Positions 39,297 through 48,900 of a DNA stretch of 64,000 nt are shown here, piece after piece. Below the pieces are notes generated by a model. It made no database searches. It saw only the letters and a list, made by a program, of their open reading frames with translations, and was not told the origin of the DNA. This DNA is from Candidatus Spongiisociaceae bacterium (GTDB lineage Bacteria > Actinomycetota > Acidimicrobiia > Spongiisociales > Spongiisociaceae), in the NCBI GenBank assembly GCA_965202665.1, contig OZ241841.1, forward strand, positions 896,001-960,000. The letters run 5' to 3'. The translations under genes and the position numbers were made by a program. Each line of letters starts with the position of its first letter. Position 1 is the stretch's first letter.

Positions 39297-40357
39297 ACCG
39301 AAAACCGGATGGTCAGGGCGTCGCCGTCGGCCACTGGATAGGTTTTTCCCTCCAACCGGATTATCCCGGCCGCTTTGGCCGCATCCCAACCGCCCGCCGC
39401 TATCACCTCATCCAACGGGCACGCCTCGGCCCGGATGAAACCGCGGGCCAAATCGGAATGGATTTTGGCGGCCGCGTCCAAAGCGGTGGACCCGGCGGGC
39501 AACGTCCAAGCCCGGGACTCTTTGGGTCCCAAAGTGTAAAAAGTGAGCAAGTTCAACGCCCGGTACACGGCGGACATTACCGCCTCCGGAGCCCCCGCCC
39601 CCAACCCCAGTCCCTCGTACAATTCCCGCCGTTCCTCCGGTTCCAGGCGGGAAACCTCCTCCTCCAAGCGGGCGGACAGGGCCAAAACCGCATCCCCCTC
39701 CGGAACCGCCGCCGCCACCCCGTCCCGGAGGCCGTCCAAGTCGGAGGGAGACATGTCTTCTTCCGCGTTCACCACCCACACGCAGGGCGCCAGGGTGACC
39801 GGGGACATGTCCCGGAAAACCTTCAACTGGGTTTCGCTCCACGGACGGCTTCGCAACAGCGCCCCTTCCGACAGCAGGGCGGCCGCTTCTTCCACCGCCC
39901 CGGCGGCCGGGCGCAACTCCGGATTGGCGGTGGCTTCTTTAGCCAGGCGGGAAACGCGTCGTTGGAAAACCCGGTGGTCGGCCAAGCACAGTTCCAACAG
40001 CAACTCTTCCGCCTGGACGGCCGGGTCGGGCGGAGCGCCCGAATCCCATAGGGGCGAATGGGCTTGCACCACCGCCGCCAACGCCTCCGCCTCCCGCAAC
40101 CGGGACATCGCCTCCCCGCCTCCGTCCCCGCCCAGGGCGGGCAGGTCGGCCAACTCCAGGGACGGATGGGTGACTTTGGGCGACTTCTCCAAGACAGCGG
40201 CCTGCTCCAGGAGGGGATCCGCCACCCGCCCCACCCCCACATTGGGGGAGGCGGTGGTAAAAGGATGGGGGGCGACGGCCGCCGTCAAACCGGTGAGGGC
40301 GTTGAAAAGGGTGGTCTTCCCCGCATTGGGAAAGCCGAACAGACCGACGCGAGCCAT
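39293..40357 (-). CDS. ychF: YchF/OLA1-family ATPase with TGS domain
   Basis: GFPNAGKTTLFNALT, PFTT, IHSDLARGFIRAE and RLEGKTY...FSV. Confidence 0.85.
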   Translation of the reverse strand: MARVGLFGFPNAGKTTLFNALTGLTAAVAPHPFTTASPNVGVGRVADPLLEQAAVLEKSPKVTHPSLELADLPALGGDGGGEAMSRLREAEALAAVVQAHSPLWDSGAPPDPAVQAEELLLELCLADHRVFQRRVSRLAKEATANPELRPAAGAVEEAAALLSEGALLRSRPWSETQLKVFRDMSPVTLAPCVWVVNAEEDMSPSDLDGLRDGVAAAVPEGDAVLALSARLEEEVSRLEPEERRELYEGLGLGAGAPEAVMSAVYRALNLLTFYTLGPKESRAWTLPAGSTALDAAAKIHSDLARGFIRAEACPLDEVIAAGGWDAAKAAGIIRLEGKTYPVADGDALTIRFSV

Positions 40358-40409
40358 CAAACAGGCAGGGTAGCGGAAACGATGGGGCGAACCGCGCTAC
40401 AATCAGGGC

Positions 40410-40832
40410 ATGCCCGCCCAAGTCGTTTTCACCATGCTCACCCCGCAGGACATTGAAGAGGCGCTGGCCGCCCCGCTAGCGGCCCTCGATGTGGAGCGGG
40501 CCATACTATGGGGCTCCTACGCCAACGGCCAACCCCACCCCGGCAGCGACCTGGATCTAATCCTGATCAAAGAAACGGACCTGGACGCCCACCAGCGAAA
40601 GAGGGGCATTTCCCAACCCCTGTGGAGAGCCCTCTATGAAACAAGCCAGAAGTAGAAGTATCAGAACCTGGGCATGCGACCCCATCCGCCCAGCCTCCAT
40701 CTGAGCGTGTACACCCCCTCCGAATGGGAGCAACAGTCCCTACGCAACACGCTGGTTTACCAAAAGGCCACTGAAGAGGGAGTGGTAATTTATGACAACG
40801 CCCGACAATCAACCCTTATAATGCGGGTATGA
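40410..40832 (+). pseudogene. Minimal nucleotidyltransferase (MNT) interrupted by an in-frame TAG at 40653-40655
   Basis: LWGSYANG...SDLDL before the stop; the same frame continues SVYTPSEW...EEGVVIY, a typical MNT C-terminus, to TGA at 40830-40832. Confidence 0.7.
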
Positions 40833-41119
40833 CTTCACAACTTCGCATCTACGACATCAAACCGGGGTTGCTAGACGAGTTCGTCGCCAAAGTAGCCGCC
40901 CAGATTATCCCGTTGCGCAAACAGCACGGGTTCGAGGTGAGCGGTCCGTGGCGCAACGATGCCGACAACCAGTTCATATGGGTGGTCCACTACGACGGCA
41001 AAGACGGGTTCGAGGCGGCCGCGCGACGCTACTACAACGACCCGGCCCGGGCGGAGTTGCCCTTCAAACCCAGCGACTACATAACCAACGCCGACCTGCG
41101 GATGCTAACCGACGCCTGA
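40829..41119 (+). CDS. NIPSNAP-family protein
   Basis: QLRIYDIKPG...F; TATAAT 6 nt before the ATG (leaderless). Confidence 0.8.
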   Translation: MTSQLRIYDIKPGLLDEFVAKVAAQIIPLRKQHGFEVSGPWRNDADNQFIWVVHYDGKDGFEAAARRYYNDPARAELPFKPSDYITNADLRMLTDA

Positions 41120-41136
41120 GCCGCCCTCGGCGATCG

Positions 41137-43653
41137 TCAGGCGGGTCCGGCTCCTTCGACTATCTGGGTGTCGCCGGTGGCCGGGTCTTTCTCCAAGATG
41201 AGCAGGTCATCCACCCGCTCCCGCAACTCGGCCACATGCGACACCACCATCACCAAGCGGCGGTCGCTGTCCGCCACCAACCTTTCCACACCCTCCATCG
41301 CCAAATCCAGATGCTCCGGATCCAAAGTGCCGAACCCTTCATCCAGCATAAAGGCGTCCAGACGGCCACCCTCCCACCCCACCATCTCCGCCAAAGCCAG
41401 CGCCAACCCCAGCGAGGCCAGAAAAGTCTCGCCGCCGGACAAGGTATCGGAGCGGCGGGTCTGACCGGCGAAGTTTAGATCTATCACATCAAACTTGCCA
41501 TCCTCGGAAAACCGATATCTATCGGAGGACAGACGCTGAAAATACAAGGACCCTATCTCAGACAAAGCCATTCGTTCAGTATCCAACAAGAACTTAATGA
41601 AACCGGTATTGACAAGGTCTTTGGACAACCTATTGAAGTTCTCTTGTTTTGTCTGCTCGATTTGCTTTAGCTTTTCTAGTTGCTCACCACCGGCTACCTG
41701 CTCCTTTTTTCCTTTCAATTGATTTGACCATATCTGCTTTTGAGCTTCCACTTTTGTAATCTCTGTTTCTATAGAATCTTTTACCTCATGTTTAACGAGC
41801 AGAGCCTGCAATTGAGTATTGACATCTTTCAAACTTGTCTGTCCCTCTTGAATTTGGGCTTTCAATAGCGAAATGCTCCGGTCGTGCTCTTGACGGACAT
41901 CGTTCAATAGTGACCGGATGGCTGGTAGGTCGTCCCCAGTTCCAGGCGACTTCATTTCCAGTGAGGCGGCTAACCCAACCAGGTTGATCCATATCTTGCC
42001 CGCTTCACGCTTCGCGGTCTCCCCTACGACGCGGGCCTTCTCCTGCGCATCCAAAGCCTTCTCTTGCGCGGCGCGAGCTGAGATTGCTTTATCTCGTATA
42101 TCTTGGATGGCAACCCTTTCCTTTGCCAACAATTTCTCTGGATCGCCTTCACCCAGAAGACCTGCGAACTTACCCAAACACTCTTCCATCTCTTTTTGCG
42201 CTTCCGCTTGTACTCCGGCCTTGTCCTCAGCCTGAGTACGGGATGATTCCAAGTTGGCTTGCGCTCCTTCCAAGCGGGCTTTCGCCGCCTGATTGATCCC
42301 GGTTGCCGTCATTAGCTCGGAATCGGCCTCTTTGTCATCCGCCTCGGTTTGCTTGACCGCTTTCTCAGCCTCCGTCACTCCGGAAACCGTAACCGCCTGG
42401 GGTAACTCGTGCACCGGTTGCTCGCACACCGGGCAATCCCCGCCCGATTCCAAACCCGATCTCAATTCAGCGGCCATATCCCGGTGGCGGGCATCCAACA
42501 AATCCGCCCTCGCCTGCTCAAGCAGAGTTCCAGTCTCTTGTTTCCGCCTCTCGGCCTGGAGCACCCGGTCCTGGGCTGACTCCAACTCGCTACGGCACTG
42601 TTCCGTCTGCTTGTCGGCGTCGTCCCGTTGCCGTAACGCCTTAGTAGCCTCCTCATTAGCTCGCACCACTGCGGCCTTCAAACCCTTCAAACTAGCAATC
42701 AACAAGTCTGCCTCCCTGCAACTATCCGCCCTTTGTTGAAACTCAGACGATTTGACTATCTGGTCGGCTTCCTTTACTGCGTGAGAGGCATCCTTCAATC
42801 GGGTGCTGGCCTTCTCCGTCTTGGCCGTCGCCTGCTCCGCGGCCAATATCACCTTCTCGGATTCTTTCTTTTCAGGCAGACTCAGGTCTTCAACCGTTTC
42901 TAATTTCTTCCGGCAATCGGCTACTGCTGAATTTATCTTTTCTTTCCGTTTATTCAGTTCTTGGGACTCAGGCAACGCTTGGCTCAGTTGCTCGCAACGG
43001 GTTTGAGCAACTTGTATCAATTTTTCCAAATCCTCGCACTCTAATTGGGCTTGAACGATCTTCTGTAACTTCAAATCTAATTTTGCTATTTCGAGTTGCG
43101 CATCTTTCTCCCGTTCCTTGGCCAGCTCCTTCATCTTATCCAACCGCTCGAACCCAAACAAGCCTTTCAACACCTCGTCTCGTTTGGCGGGGCCCGCCTC
43201 CAAGAATTCGGCAAACCTACCTTGTGCTAACAGCACCGAACGGGTGAATGCGTCATAATCCAAACCTAACAATTCCTTTACTTTGTTATCCACCTGTCCG
43301 GCCATGACCCACTTTTCCACGGGTTCCGCGGAGTTGGCGTCGTGGCGGCTTAGGGCGTATTGGTTGCCTCCTTTGCGACGAATGCTACGGGTCGCCTCCC
43401 ACTCTCCCCCGGCCGCTTCGAATCGCAATCTGACCATCGCCTCCGCCTCCCGTTGGTTGATGAGGGAAGCGAAATTTTTCATACCCGTACGGGGCGTGCT
43501 TCCGTATAGGGCAAAGGTTATTGCATCTAGGATGGTGCTCTTGCCGGCTCCGGTCGGGCCTACAATCGCAATCAAGCGGCGGTCCCGGAAGTCAAACTTG
43601 TGCTCTCCGGAATAGGAGCGAAAGTTACGCAAACTTAGCTCAATGGGCCGCAT
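41137..43653 (-). CDS. sbcC: SbcC/Rad50 SMC-family ATPase
   Basis: GPTGAGKS, LAQGRF Q-loop, CPVC zinc hook, LSGGETF and LDEGFGTLD. Confidence 0.92.
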   Translation of the reverse strand: MRPIELSLRNFRSYSGEHKFDFRDRRLIAIVGPTGAGKSTILDAITFALYGSTPRTGMKNFASLINQREAEAMVRLRFEAAGGEWEATRSIRRKGGNQYALSRHDANSAEPVEKWVMAGQVDNKVKELLGLDYDAFTRSVLLAQGRFAEFLEAGPAKRDEVLKGLFGFERLDKMKELAKEREKDAQLEIAKLDLKLQKIVQAQLECEDLEKLIQVAQTRCEQLSQALPESQELNKRKEKINSAVADCRKKLETVEDLSLPEKKESEKVILAAEQATAKTEKASTRLKDASHAVKEADQIVKSSEFQQRADSCREADLLIASLKGLKAAVVRANEEATKALRQRDDADKQTEQCRSELESAQDRVLQAERRKQETGTLLEQARADLLDARHRDMAAELRSGLESGGDCPVCEQPVHELPQAVTVSGVTEAEKAVKQTEADDKEADSELMTATGINQAAKARLEGAQANLESSRTQAEDKAGVQAEAQKEMEECLGKFAGLLGEGDPEKLLAKERVAIQDIRDKAISARAAQEKALDAQEKARVVGETAKREAGKIWINLVGLAASLEMKSPGTGDDLPAIRSLLNDVRQEHDRSISLLKAQIQEGQTSLKDVNTQLQALLVKHEVKDSIETEITKVEAQKQIWSNQLKGKKEQVAGGEQLEKLKQIEQTKQENFNRLSKDLVNTGFIKFLLDTERMALSEIGSLYFQRLSSDRYRFSEDGKFDVIDLNFAGQTRRSDTLSGGETFLASLGLALALAEMVGWEGGRLDAFMLDEGFGTLDPEHLDLAMEGVERLVADSDRRLVMVVSHVAELRERVDDLLILEKDPATGDTQIVEGAGPA

Positions 43654-44809
43654 GGGCAACCTCCTCCTCCAATTCCCGGAAGGCATCCGCCAGTCCTTTG
43701 GGGACCTCCACCCCGTTCTGTTGCTGGTAATAGTCGCCGTACAGTTCCACTAACGGCCTGCCGGAGCGAACCGGGCGTTCCTGCTCGGTACGGGGGTATT
43801 CGGCCCGCACCTTGACCATATACTCGAACTCGTTGCGGGCGCGATCAGCCAGACCGGGGTCGGGTCCACCGGTGTGAACTGTCAGGTCCAAGTAGGAGTC
43901 GTACACACCCGGTTTTTCCTTGATTTCGTCCCATGTCCCGCTAGGCCGGAGCAGGCGGCGACCGCCCTGCAAGTTCACCGGGCTTATCACGGCGGGTTGG
44001 CCCGGTTTCATGTCCACTATTACTACCCGCTTCTGCTCTCCGGCTTCGCCGAAGTCCATTTCCAGCAACGAACCGGCGTACTCAGCCGCCGCCGGGGCGT
44101 TCAGAACGGGTTGCGGGGCGTGGATATGTCCCATCGCCACGTACTGCGGGCCGGGCGGGATAGCCTGCGGGTCAGCGGCGTAGGTCTCGCCCATATGCAA
44201 CTCCCGCTCCCCGCGCGGAGCGCCATGTCCATGCACCTTGGATCCCCCTACCAGGAAATGGGCGACCAGTATGGTCACCGCATCCCTCCCAGCCACTTTC
44301 TCGGCGTGCTTGGAATAGCCGTGGGAGATGGCTTTCAGCCGTTCGGCGTACTTGCCGTATCGTTCCCCCGGGGGTTCCCATACATCGAACGTCAGTCCCT
44401 CTCTTAGAAAAGGGAAACAGGACACCACCGCCCGGCCGCCGGGGGTTTCCAAGTCCAGCACGCCGCCCTCCTCCGGGGGTTTGATTCTGCCCACCAAGCG
44501 AACGTTGCGGGGGGCCAGGAAAGGGGCCAGCACCTCAAAGAGTTTCGGGGAGTCGTGGTTGCCGGCTATGGCCACCACCGGGCGGCGGCCGCCGTCCGTT
44601 AGGCGTACTAGGGCCTCCAGCCCCAAGGACAGGTCTTCCATGCCGGGGATGGGCCGGTCGAACACATCCCCGCTGTTGACGACCAGATCCACTTCTTCCC
44701 GGTTGGCTATTTCCGCTACTTCGTCCAGAACCTCCCGGTACTCGTCGGTGCGGTCGAAGCGGCCCAGTTTCTTGCCGAGGTGCCAGTCGGATGTGTGCAG
44801 AATCTTCAT
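43640..44809 (-). CDS. sbcD: SbcD/Mre11 nuclease
   Basis: HTSDWHLG, SGDVFD, AGNHDS, MGHIH and YAGSLL. Confidence 0.93.
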   Translation of the reverse strand: MKILHTSDWHLGKKLGRFDRTDEYREVLDEVAEIANREEVDLVVNSGDVFDRPIPGMEDLSLGLEALVRLTDGGRRPVVAIAGNHDSPKLFEVLAPFLAPRNVRLVGRIKPPEEGGVLDLETPGGRAVVSCFPFLREGLTFDVWEPPGERYGKYAERLKAISHGYSKHAEKVAGRDAVTILVAHFLVGGSKVHGHGAPRGERELHMGETYAADPQAIPPGPQYVAMGHIHAPQPVLNAPAAAEYAGSLLEMDFGEAGEQKRVVIVDMKPGQPAVISPVNLQGGRRLLRPSGTWDEIKEKPGVYDSYLDLTVHTGGPDPGLADRARNEFEYMVKVRAEYPRTEQERPVRSGRPLVELYGDYYQQQNGVEVPKGLADAFRELEEEVAHAAH

Positions 44810-44826
44810 CTTCGTCCTCCTGTTGC

Positions 44827-46560
44827 TTACAAATCCCGGAAGGGGTCTTCTTCTTGGCCGGCGTCCACCTCTTCGGCGCGGGTGGCCCAGGGCGGGAAGG
44901 GGAACTCCAACACCAGCGGCATGGGAATGGAGGGCTGGGAGAGCACCATCGTCCCCGGTTTCAGCAACCTGGCCCGGGCGCGGGTGGAAGGGAGCATCCA
45001 GCCGTACTCGGATCGTTCCGCCTCGGCCGAATCCAGCCGTCCCGCCGCCCGCAGGGCGGCGTTTTCCAGCACTTCCGGGGCCACCCGGGAGGCGGACTGC
45101 TGGGCCCCCACCAGCAACACCCCCAGCGACCGTCCCCGTTGGGCGATGTCGATCAGCATCTCCTTGAGCGGGCTGCGCCCCTCGCGGGGGGCGTACTTGT
45201 TCAGCTCGTCCAGCACCACCACCGACAGGGGAAGGCGCCGCCCCAAATCTTCCTTCTCGTTCCAAGTTTCCTGCAGCAACGCCCCCACCACGAACCGTTG
45301 CCCCAGGTCGTGCAGGTTGTGAATGTCCACCACCGTCACTTGGGCCCGGCGGCGGTCGATGCGACGGGACTCTCCGTCCCGCACCAGATGCCCCAAACGA
45401 TGGGAGGCGCTGTACAGGCGGCGTATAAAAGCGGAGATGGTGCCCGCCTGCACCCGGCCCGACCAGGCGTAGTCCGGTTCGCCCCCGTCCTCCGGTTCCA
45501 GAAACTCCTCCAAAGCCTCCACCAGATCCGACAAGGTGCGGATGACCCGCTCCCCGGGGGCGGCCTTCACTTGCTCGCCCTTTTTTATTCCCTCGCTGGG
45601 CGGGCGCAACACCACCGCCCCCGGTCGGCCCGCCACGTCCGCCGCCCACTTCTGCAACTGGGCCCGCACCCGTTCCTCCACGAACGACACCTGGTTGCGA
45701 ATGTCGGAGGCGTCGGTGAACAGGAACGCCAGCAACCCTTCGTCTATGAACTCGCGGGGGGTCCACGCAAAGGTCTCGATCCCCGTCATGCGCCCCCCGG
45801 TGTCGGGCAAGGTCACATCCCCCGAACGGCGCCGGGGAGGGGCCCAGAAACCGACCGAGGGAAACGGCTCCGGTTCCACCCCCAAGCTGCGCCACATCTC
45901 CTCCGACTCCCCGGTGAACATGCTGTTGGGCTTGTCCAAATGCAACAGGTCTTCGCCTTTCACGTTGAACACCAGCACCCGCAGGTTGGAGGCCGCCGCC
46001 CCCACCAGGTCGTGGCGGGCGGTGAGCATGCGCAGGAAAAACAGGGCGTAGGAGGTTTTGGTCGCCACCCCCGAAACCCCGGAAATGGACATATGCCCGC
46101 CTTTGGTCCCGTCGAAGAAATCCAAATCGGCGAAAATGGGGTGGCCGTCCCGCCCGACGCCCACCGGCAGGGGCCGTCCCATCTCATCGGCGTAGAGGGC
46201 CTTTTCCCGTTCGGCGCCGGCCGCCCGGCGCACCTCCCTCCCCGGATCGGGGGCCACCCACAGCTCCGGATCCACCCTGGTCACCGCCACCTGCGCGGAG
46301 CGGATGCGGGCGGCGGGCAGGATGCCCTGCTCGGCGATGCGAAGGGTGTCCGAATCGAAGGAGGCCCCCTCGTAGATCCCCTCCGACTCGGTCACGATCC
46401 CGTAGGTGCGCACCTCCCCCGCGCCCGGCACCTCGGTGGTCACCACCACCAGGTCGTCCAAAGCCAAATAGCTGTCTTCGTTCAGCAACACCCGGAACTG
46501 TCCGGTGGTGGCCGCCTCCCTGGTGGCCAGCACCCGGCCCACTGCTTGCTCGTCGCTCAT
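44827..46560 (-). CDS. herA: HerA-family ATPase/DNA translocase
   Basis: N-terminal HAS-barrel-like region, variant Walker A GVSGVATKT, VFNVKGED, Walker B VVLDELNKYAP and RGRSLG...AQQ. Confidence 0.85.
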   Translation of the reverse strand: MSDEQAVGRVLATREAATTGQFRVLLNEDSYLALDDLVVVTTEVPGAGEVRTYGIVTESEGIYEGASFDSDTLRIAEQGILPAARIRSAQVAVTRVDPELWVAPDPGREVRRAAGAEREKALYADEMGRPLPVGVGRDGHPIFADLDFFDGTKGGHMSISGVSGVATKTSYALFFLRMLTARHDLVGAAASNLRVLVFNVKGEDLLHLDKPNSMFTGESEEMWRSLGVEPEPFPSVGFWAPPRRRSGDVTLPDTGGRMTGIETFAWTPREFIDEGLLAFLFTDASDIRNQVSFVEERVRAQLQKWAADVAGRPGAVVLRPPSEGIKKGEQVKAAPGERVIRTLSDLVEALEEFLEPEDGGEPDYAWSGRVQAGTISAFIRRLYSASHRLGHLVRDGESRRIDRRRAQVTVVDIHNLHDLGQRFVVGALLQETWNEKEDLGRRLPLSVVVLDELNKYAPREGRSPLKEMLIDIAQRGRSLGVLLVGAQQSASRVAPEVLENAALRAAGRLDSAEAERSEYGWMLPSTRARARLLKPGTMVLSQPSIPMPLVLEFPFPPWATRAEEVDAGQEEDPFRDL

Positions 46561-47630
46561 AACTCCTCCTCCGTACGCCAATCCCGCTCCTCCGCCCACT
46601 CCTCCTCCCCTCCATCCTGGTGCTCTTCCCCGGGGGCGGGAGCGACGGCCAGCGAACCATCCGCCACCGCCTCCCGCACCAGCCGCTCCACCATCCGGGA
46701 ATCCCCCATTAACTTGCGCAACTCCCGTTCCAAGGCGGCGATGGGAACCAGGTTTTGCGGAGCGCGGGCGTCGACCTGCTTGGGGGCGGCCAGCCGGGGG
46801 AGCAGGGCGGCGGTGGCCCCGGCCAGGTTTACGGCCGCTTCCAAGCCGTCTTCGGCCGTCACCTCGCACCGGGCGATCCCCGCCCAGGGGGAACCGAAGG
46901 GGACTTCCGCCAAGTTCAGATACCAAGAGTAAAGGGGATGTTTGCCCCCGATCGCAAACACCGGCGTCCGCTCCCCCGCCGCCAACCGCCCCACCAACGG
47001 CAAATGCAGTCCCTCCAGGTAAATGGCCTGTTGGCTTTTGACATAGCCGACCACCGACCCGGGGGCCCCGTAACTGAGTCGCCCGTCGGCCACCACCAAC
47101 CGGCCTTCGGCGCCGGCCAACTCTTCGGCCAGCCCGGCCTCCGCCTGCCTCATCCGCTCCTGCGTGAAATCCATCAAGTCCAAATGCTGATCGCCGGGGA
47201 CGGAGAACGGCGCAGAATCCAAACCGCCCAGCCCCGCCGTCCGCGCCATCCGGCCTTTGCCCATCACCACCATCCGTTCCGCCCGTTGCGTCCCAAACCA
47301 GGAGGCCTTTTCCGCCGGACGCCAAAAGACCGCCCCGACCCCGAAAGTGGCCACCAAGCCGGGTATCGGCCCTTCGAACGGCTCCATCAACGTCAACCGG
47401 GCGTCCGCCCGCCGCACCCCGTCCACTATCGCAACCTCCGCAAACCGGACGTCCGGCGAACCGGGCATGGCCCGCCAATGGTCGGTTTCCACGGTGGTGT
47501 CCACCAAGTCGGCCAGGTTGCGGTCATCCGGAGCGTCCAGCGACGGCCCGTATTCGGGCGACCAGTCATCCACGTAGATGCGTCCCGGCTGGCCGATGAC
47601 GGGCCCGGCGGAGGCGGTTGAATCGTTCAT
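46557..47630 (-). CDS. nurA: NurA-like nuclease
   Basis: AIVDGVRR, VVADGRL, GYVKS and APQNLVPIAALE; overlaps the herA start. Confidence 0.75.
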   Translation of the reverse strand: MNDSTASAGPVIGQPGRIYVDDWSPEYGPSLDAPDDRNLADLVDTTVETDHWRAMPGSPDVRFAEVAIVDGVRRADARLTLMEPFEGPIPGLVATFGVGAVFWRPAEKASWFGTQRAERMVVMGKGRMARTAGLGGLDSAPFSVPGDQHLDLMDFTQERMRQAEAGLAEELAGAEGRLVVADGRLSYGAPGSVVGYVKSQQAIYLEGLHLPLVGRLAAGERTPVFAIGGKHPLYSWYLNLAEVPFGSPWAGIARCEVTAEDGLEAAVNLAGATAALLPRLAAPKQVDARAPQNLVPIAALERELRKLMGDSRMVERLVREAVADGSLAVAPAPGEEHQDGGEEEWAEERDWRTEEEL

Positions 47631-47712
47631 AAGACACCCATCATAAATTAGGGGTGTGTCAAATTGGACAGCTGCAGGAAAGAGGGCCGACGGGCGCCGG
47701 CCTCGGGCGGAC

Positions 47713-48705
47713 TCAGGCGAGGCCGATCAGGCTGCGCACCCGCCTGATGGAGTCCCCGGCGGAGGCGCGGGCCCGCTCCGCTCCCGCCTCCATCACCGCC
47801 TCCGCCTCGGCGTCCCCCATGCCCTCATAGGCGAGGCGTAGCGGGGCCAATCCTTCGATCACCGCCTCCGCCACCGCCTCCTTGAACCGCCCGTAGCCCG
47901 CATCGGCGTATTCGTCCGCCAAGTCATCCACCGCCCGGCCGGTGTACACGGCCAGCATGTCCAGCAGGTTGCTGATTCCCGGCTTGCGTTCCACGTCGTA
48001 GGCGACGACCGCCTCCGAGTCGGTCACCGCCGACCTTATCTTGGCGGCGATCGCATCCGGGGAGTCCATCACCAAAATCCGGGAGCGCCCGTCCGGATCC
48101 GACTTGGACATTTTGGCGGTCGGGTCGGTGAGGGACATCACCCGCGCCCCCACTCCGGGGGTGATCTGCTCGGGCGGGGGGAAAAAGTCGCCGTAGCGGG
48201 AGTTGAAACGTTCCGCCAGGTCGCGGGTGAACTCCAGATGCTGCGTCTGGTCGTCCCCCACCGGGACGGCGTGCGCCCGGTGGATCATAATGTCGGCCGC
48301 CATCAGCACCGGGTAGGAGAACAGCCCCAGGTTCTGGGCCCCCTTGTCGCCTTTCTCCTTGTACTGGGTCATCCGCCCCAGGTGGCCCATGGAGGCCAAA
48401 GTCCCCAAAATCCAGGACAACTCGGCGTGCTGCGGGACCCGGCTTTGAAAATAGAGCATGGAACGTTGCGGGTCGATGCCGGAGGCCAGCAGGAGCTTGG
48501 CGGTGCGAAGGCGGGCCGCGGCCAACTCCCGCGGGTCCTGCGGGAGAGTGAGGGCGTGCAGGTCCACCACGCAGTAGATGGCGTCGTATTCGTCCTGCAA
48601 GGCCACCCAGTTGCGCAAAGCCCCCAAATGGTTGCCGATGTGGATGTCCCCGGTGGGCTGAATGCCTGAAAACACCCGCCGCCGCGCCCGGTCGCGCTCA
48701 GACAT
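47713..48705 (-). CDS. trpS: Tryptophan--tRNA ligase
   Basis: FSGIQPTG, HIGN, YPVLMAAD, VPVGDDQ and KMSKS. Confidence 0.97.
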   Translation of the reverse strand: MSERDRARRRVFSGIQPTGDIHIGNHLGALRNWVALQDEYDAIYCVVDLHALTLPQDPRELAAARLRTAKLLLASGIDPQRSMLYFQSRVPQHAELSWILGTLASMGHLGRMTQYKEKGDKGAQNLGLFSYPVLMAADIMIHRAHAVPVGDDQTQHLEFTRDLAERFNSRYGDFFPPPEQITPGVGARVMSLTDPTAKMSKSDPDGRSRILVMDSPDAIAAKIRSAVTDSEAVVAYDVERKPGISNLLDMLAVYTGRAVDDLADEYADAGYGRFKEAVAEAVIEGLAPLRLAYEGMGDAEAEAVMEAGAERARASAGDSIRRVRSLIGLA

Positions 48706-48766
48706 TCTCCCTCCCAACGGGTCGCCGTTTCATCCCGGCTAGATTAGCGATGAAAGGCGGTCGGGC

Positions 48767-48795
48767 TTGACATCGGGCGGGGGGTCCGCCATACT
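48767..48795 (+). promoter_or_regulatory. Sigma70 promoter of the cimA leader
   Basis: TTGACA-17 nt-CATACT, 7 nt upstream of the leader ATG. Confidence 0.75.
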
Positions 48796-48802
48796 GGGGG
48801 CA

Positions 48803-48835
48803 ATGCACCATACTTCTGGTTCCATTATCGACTAG
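48803..48835 (+). CDS. Putative leaderless attenuator leader peptide MHHTSGSIID
   Basis: Ten codons with tandem Ile codons ATT ATC near the stop, upstream of an Ile-pathway gene. Confidence 0.65.
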   Translation: MHHTSGSIID

Positions 48836-48867
48836 GGACGGCGGGACATATCCCGCTCCGTCCCCCC

Positions 48868-48900
48868 AACCCTGCGCCATGGCGGAGGGTTTCTTTTTTA
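48868..48900 (+). terminator. Attenuator terminator upstream of cimA
   Basis: AACCCTGCGC-CATG-GCGGAGGGTT hairpin followed by TCTTTTTT, 40 nt before the cimA ATG. Confidence 0.75.

Noticed and set aside
40653-40655. Pyrrolysine readthrough of the MNT amber codon
   Set aside because: No pyl genes are in the window, the MttB is non-Pyl, and the locus shows other signs of decay.
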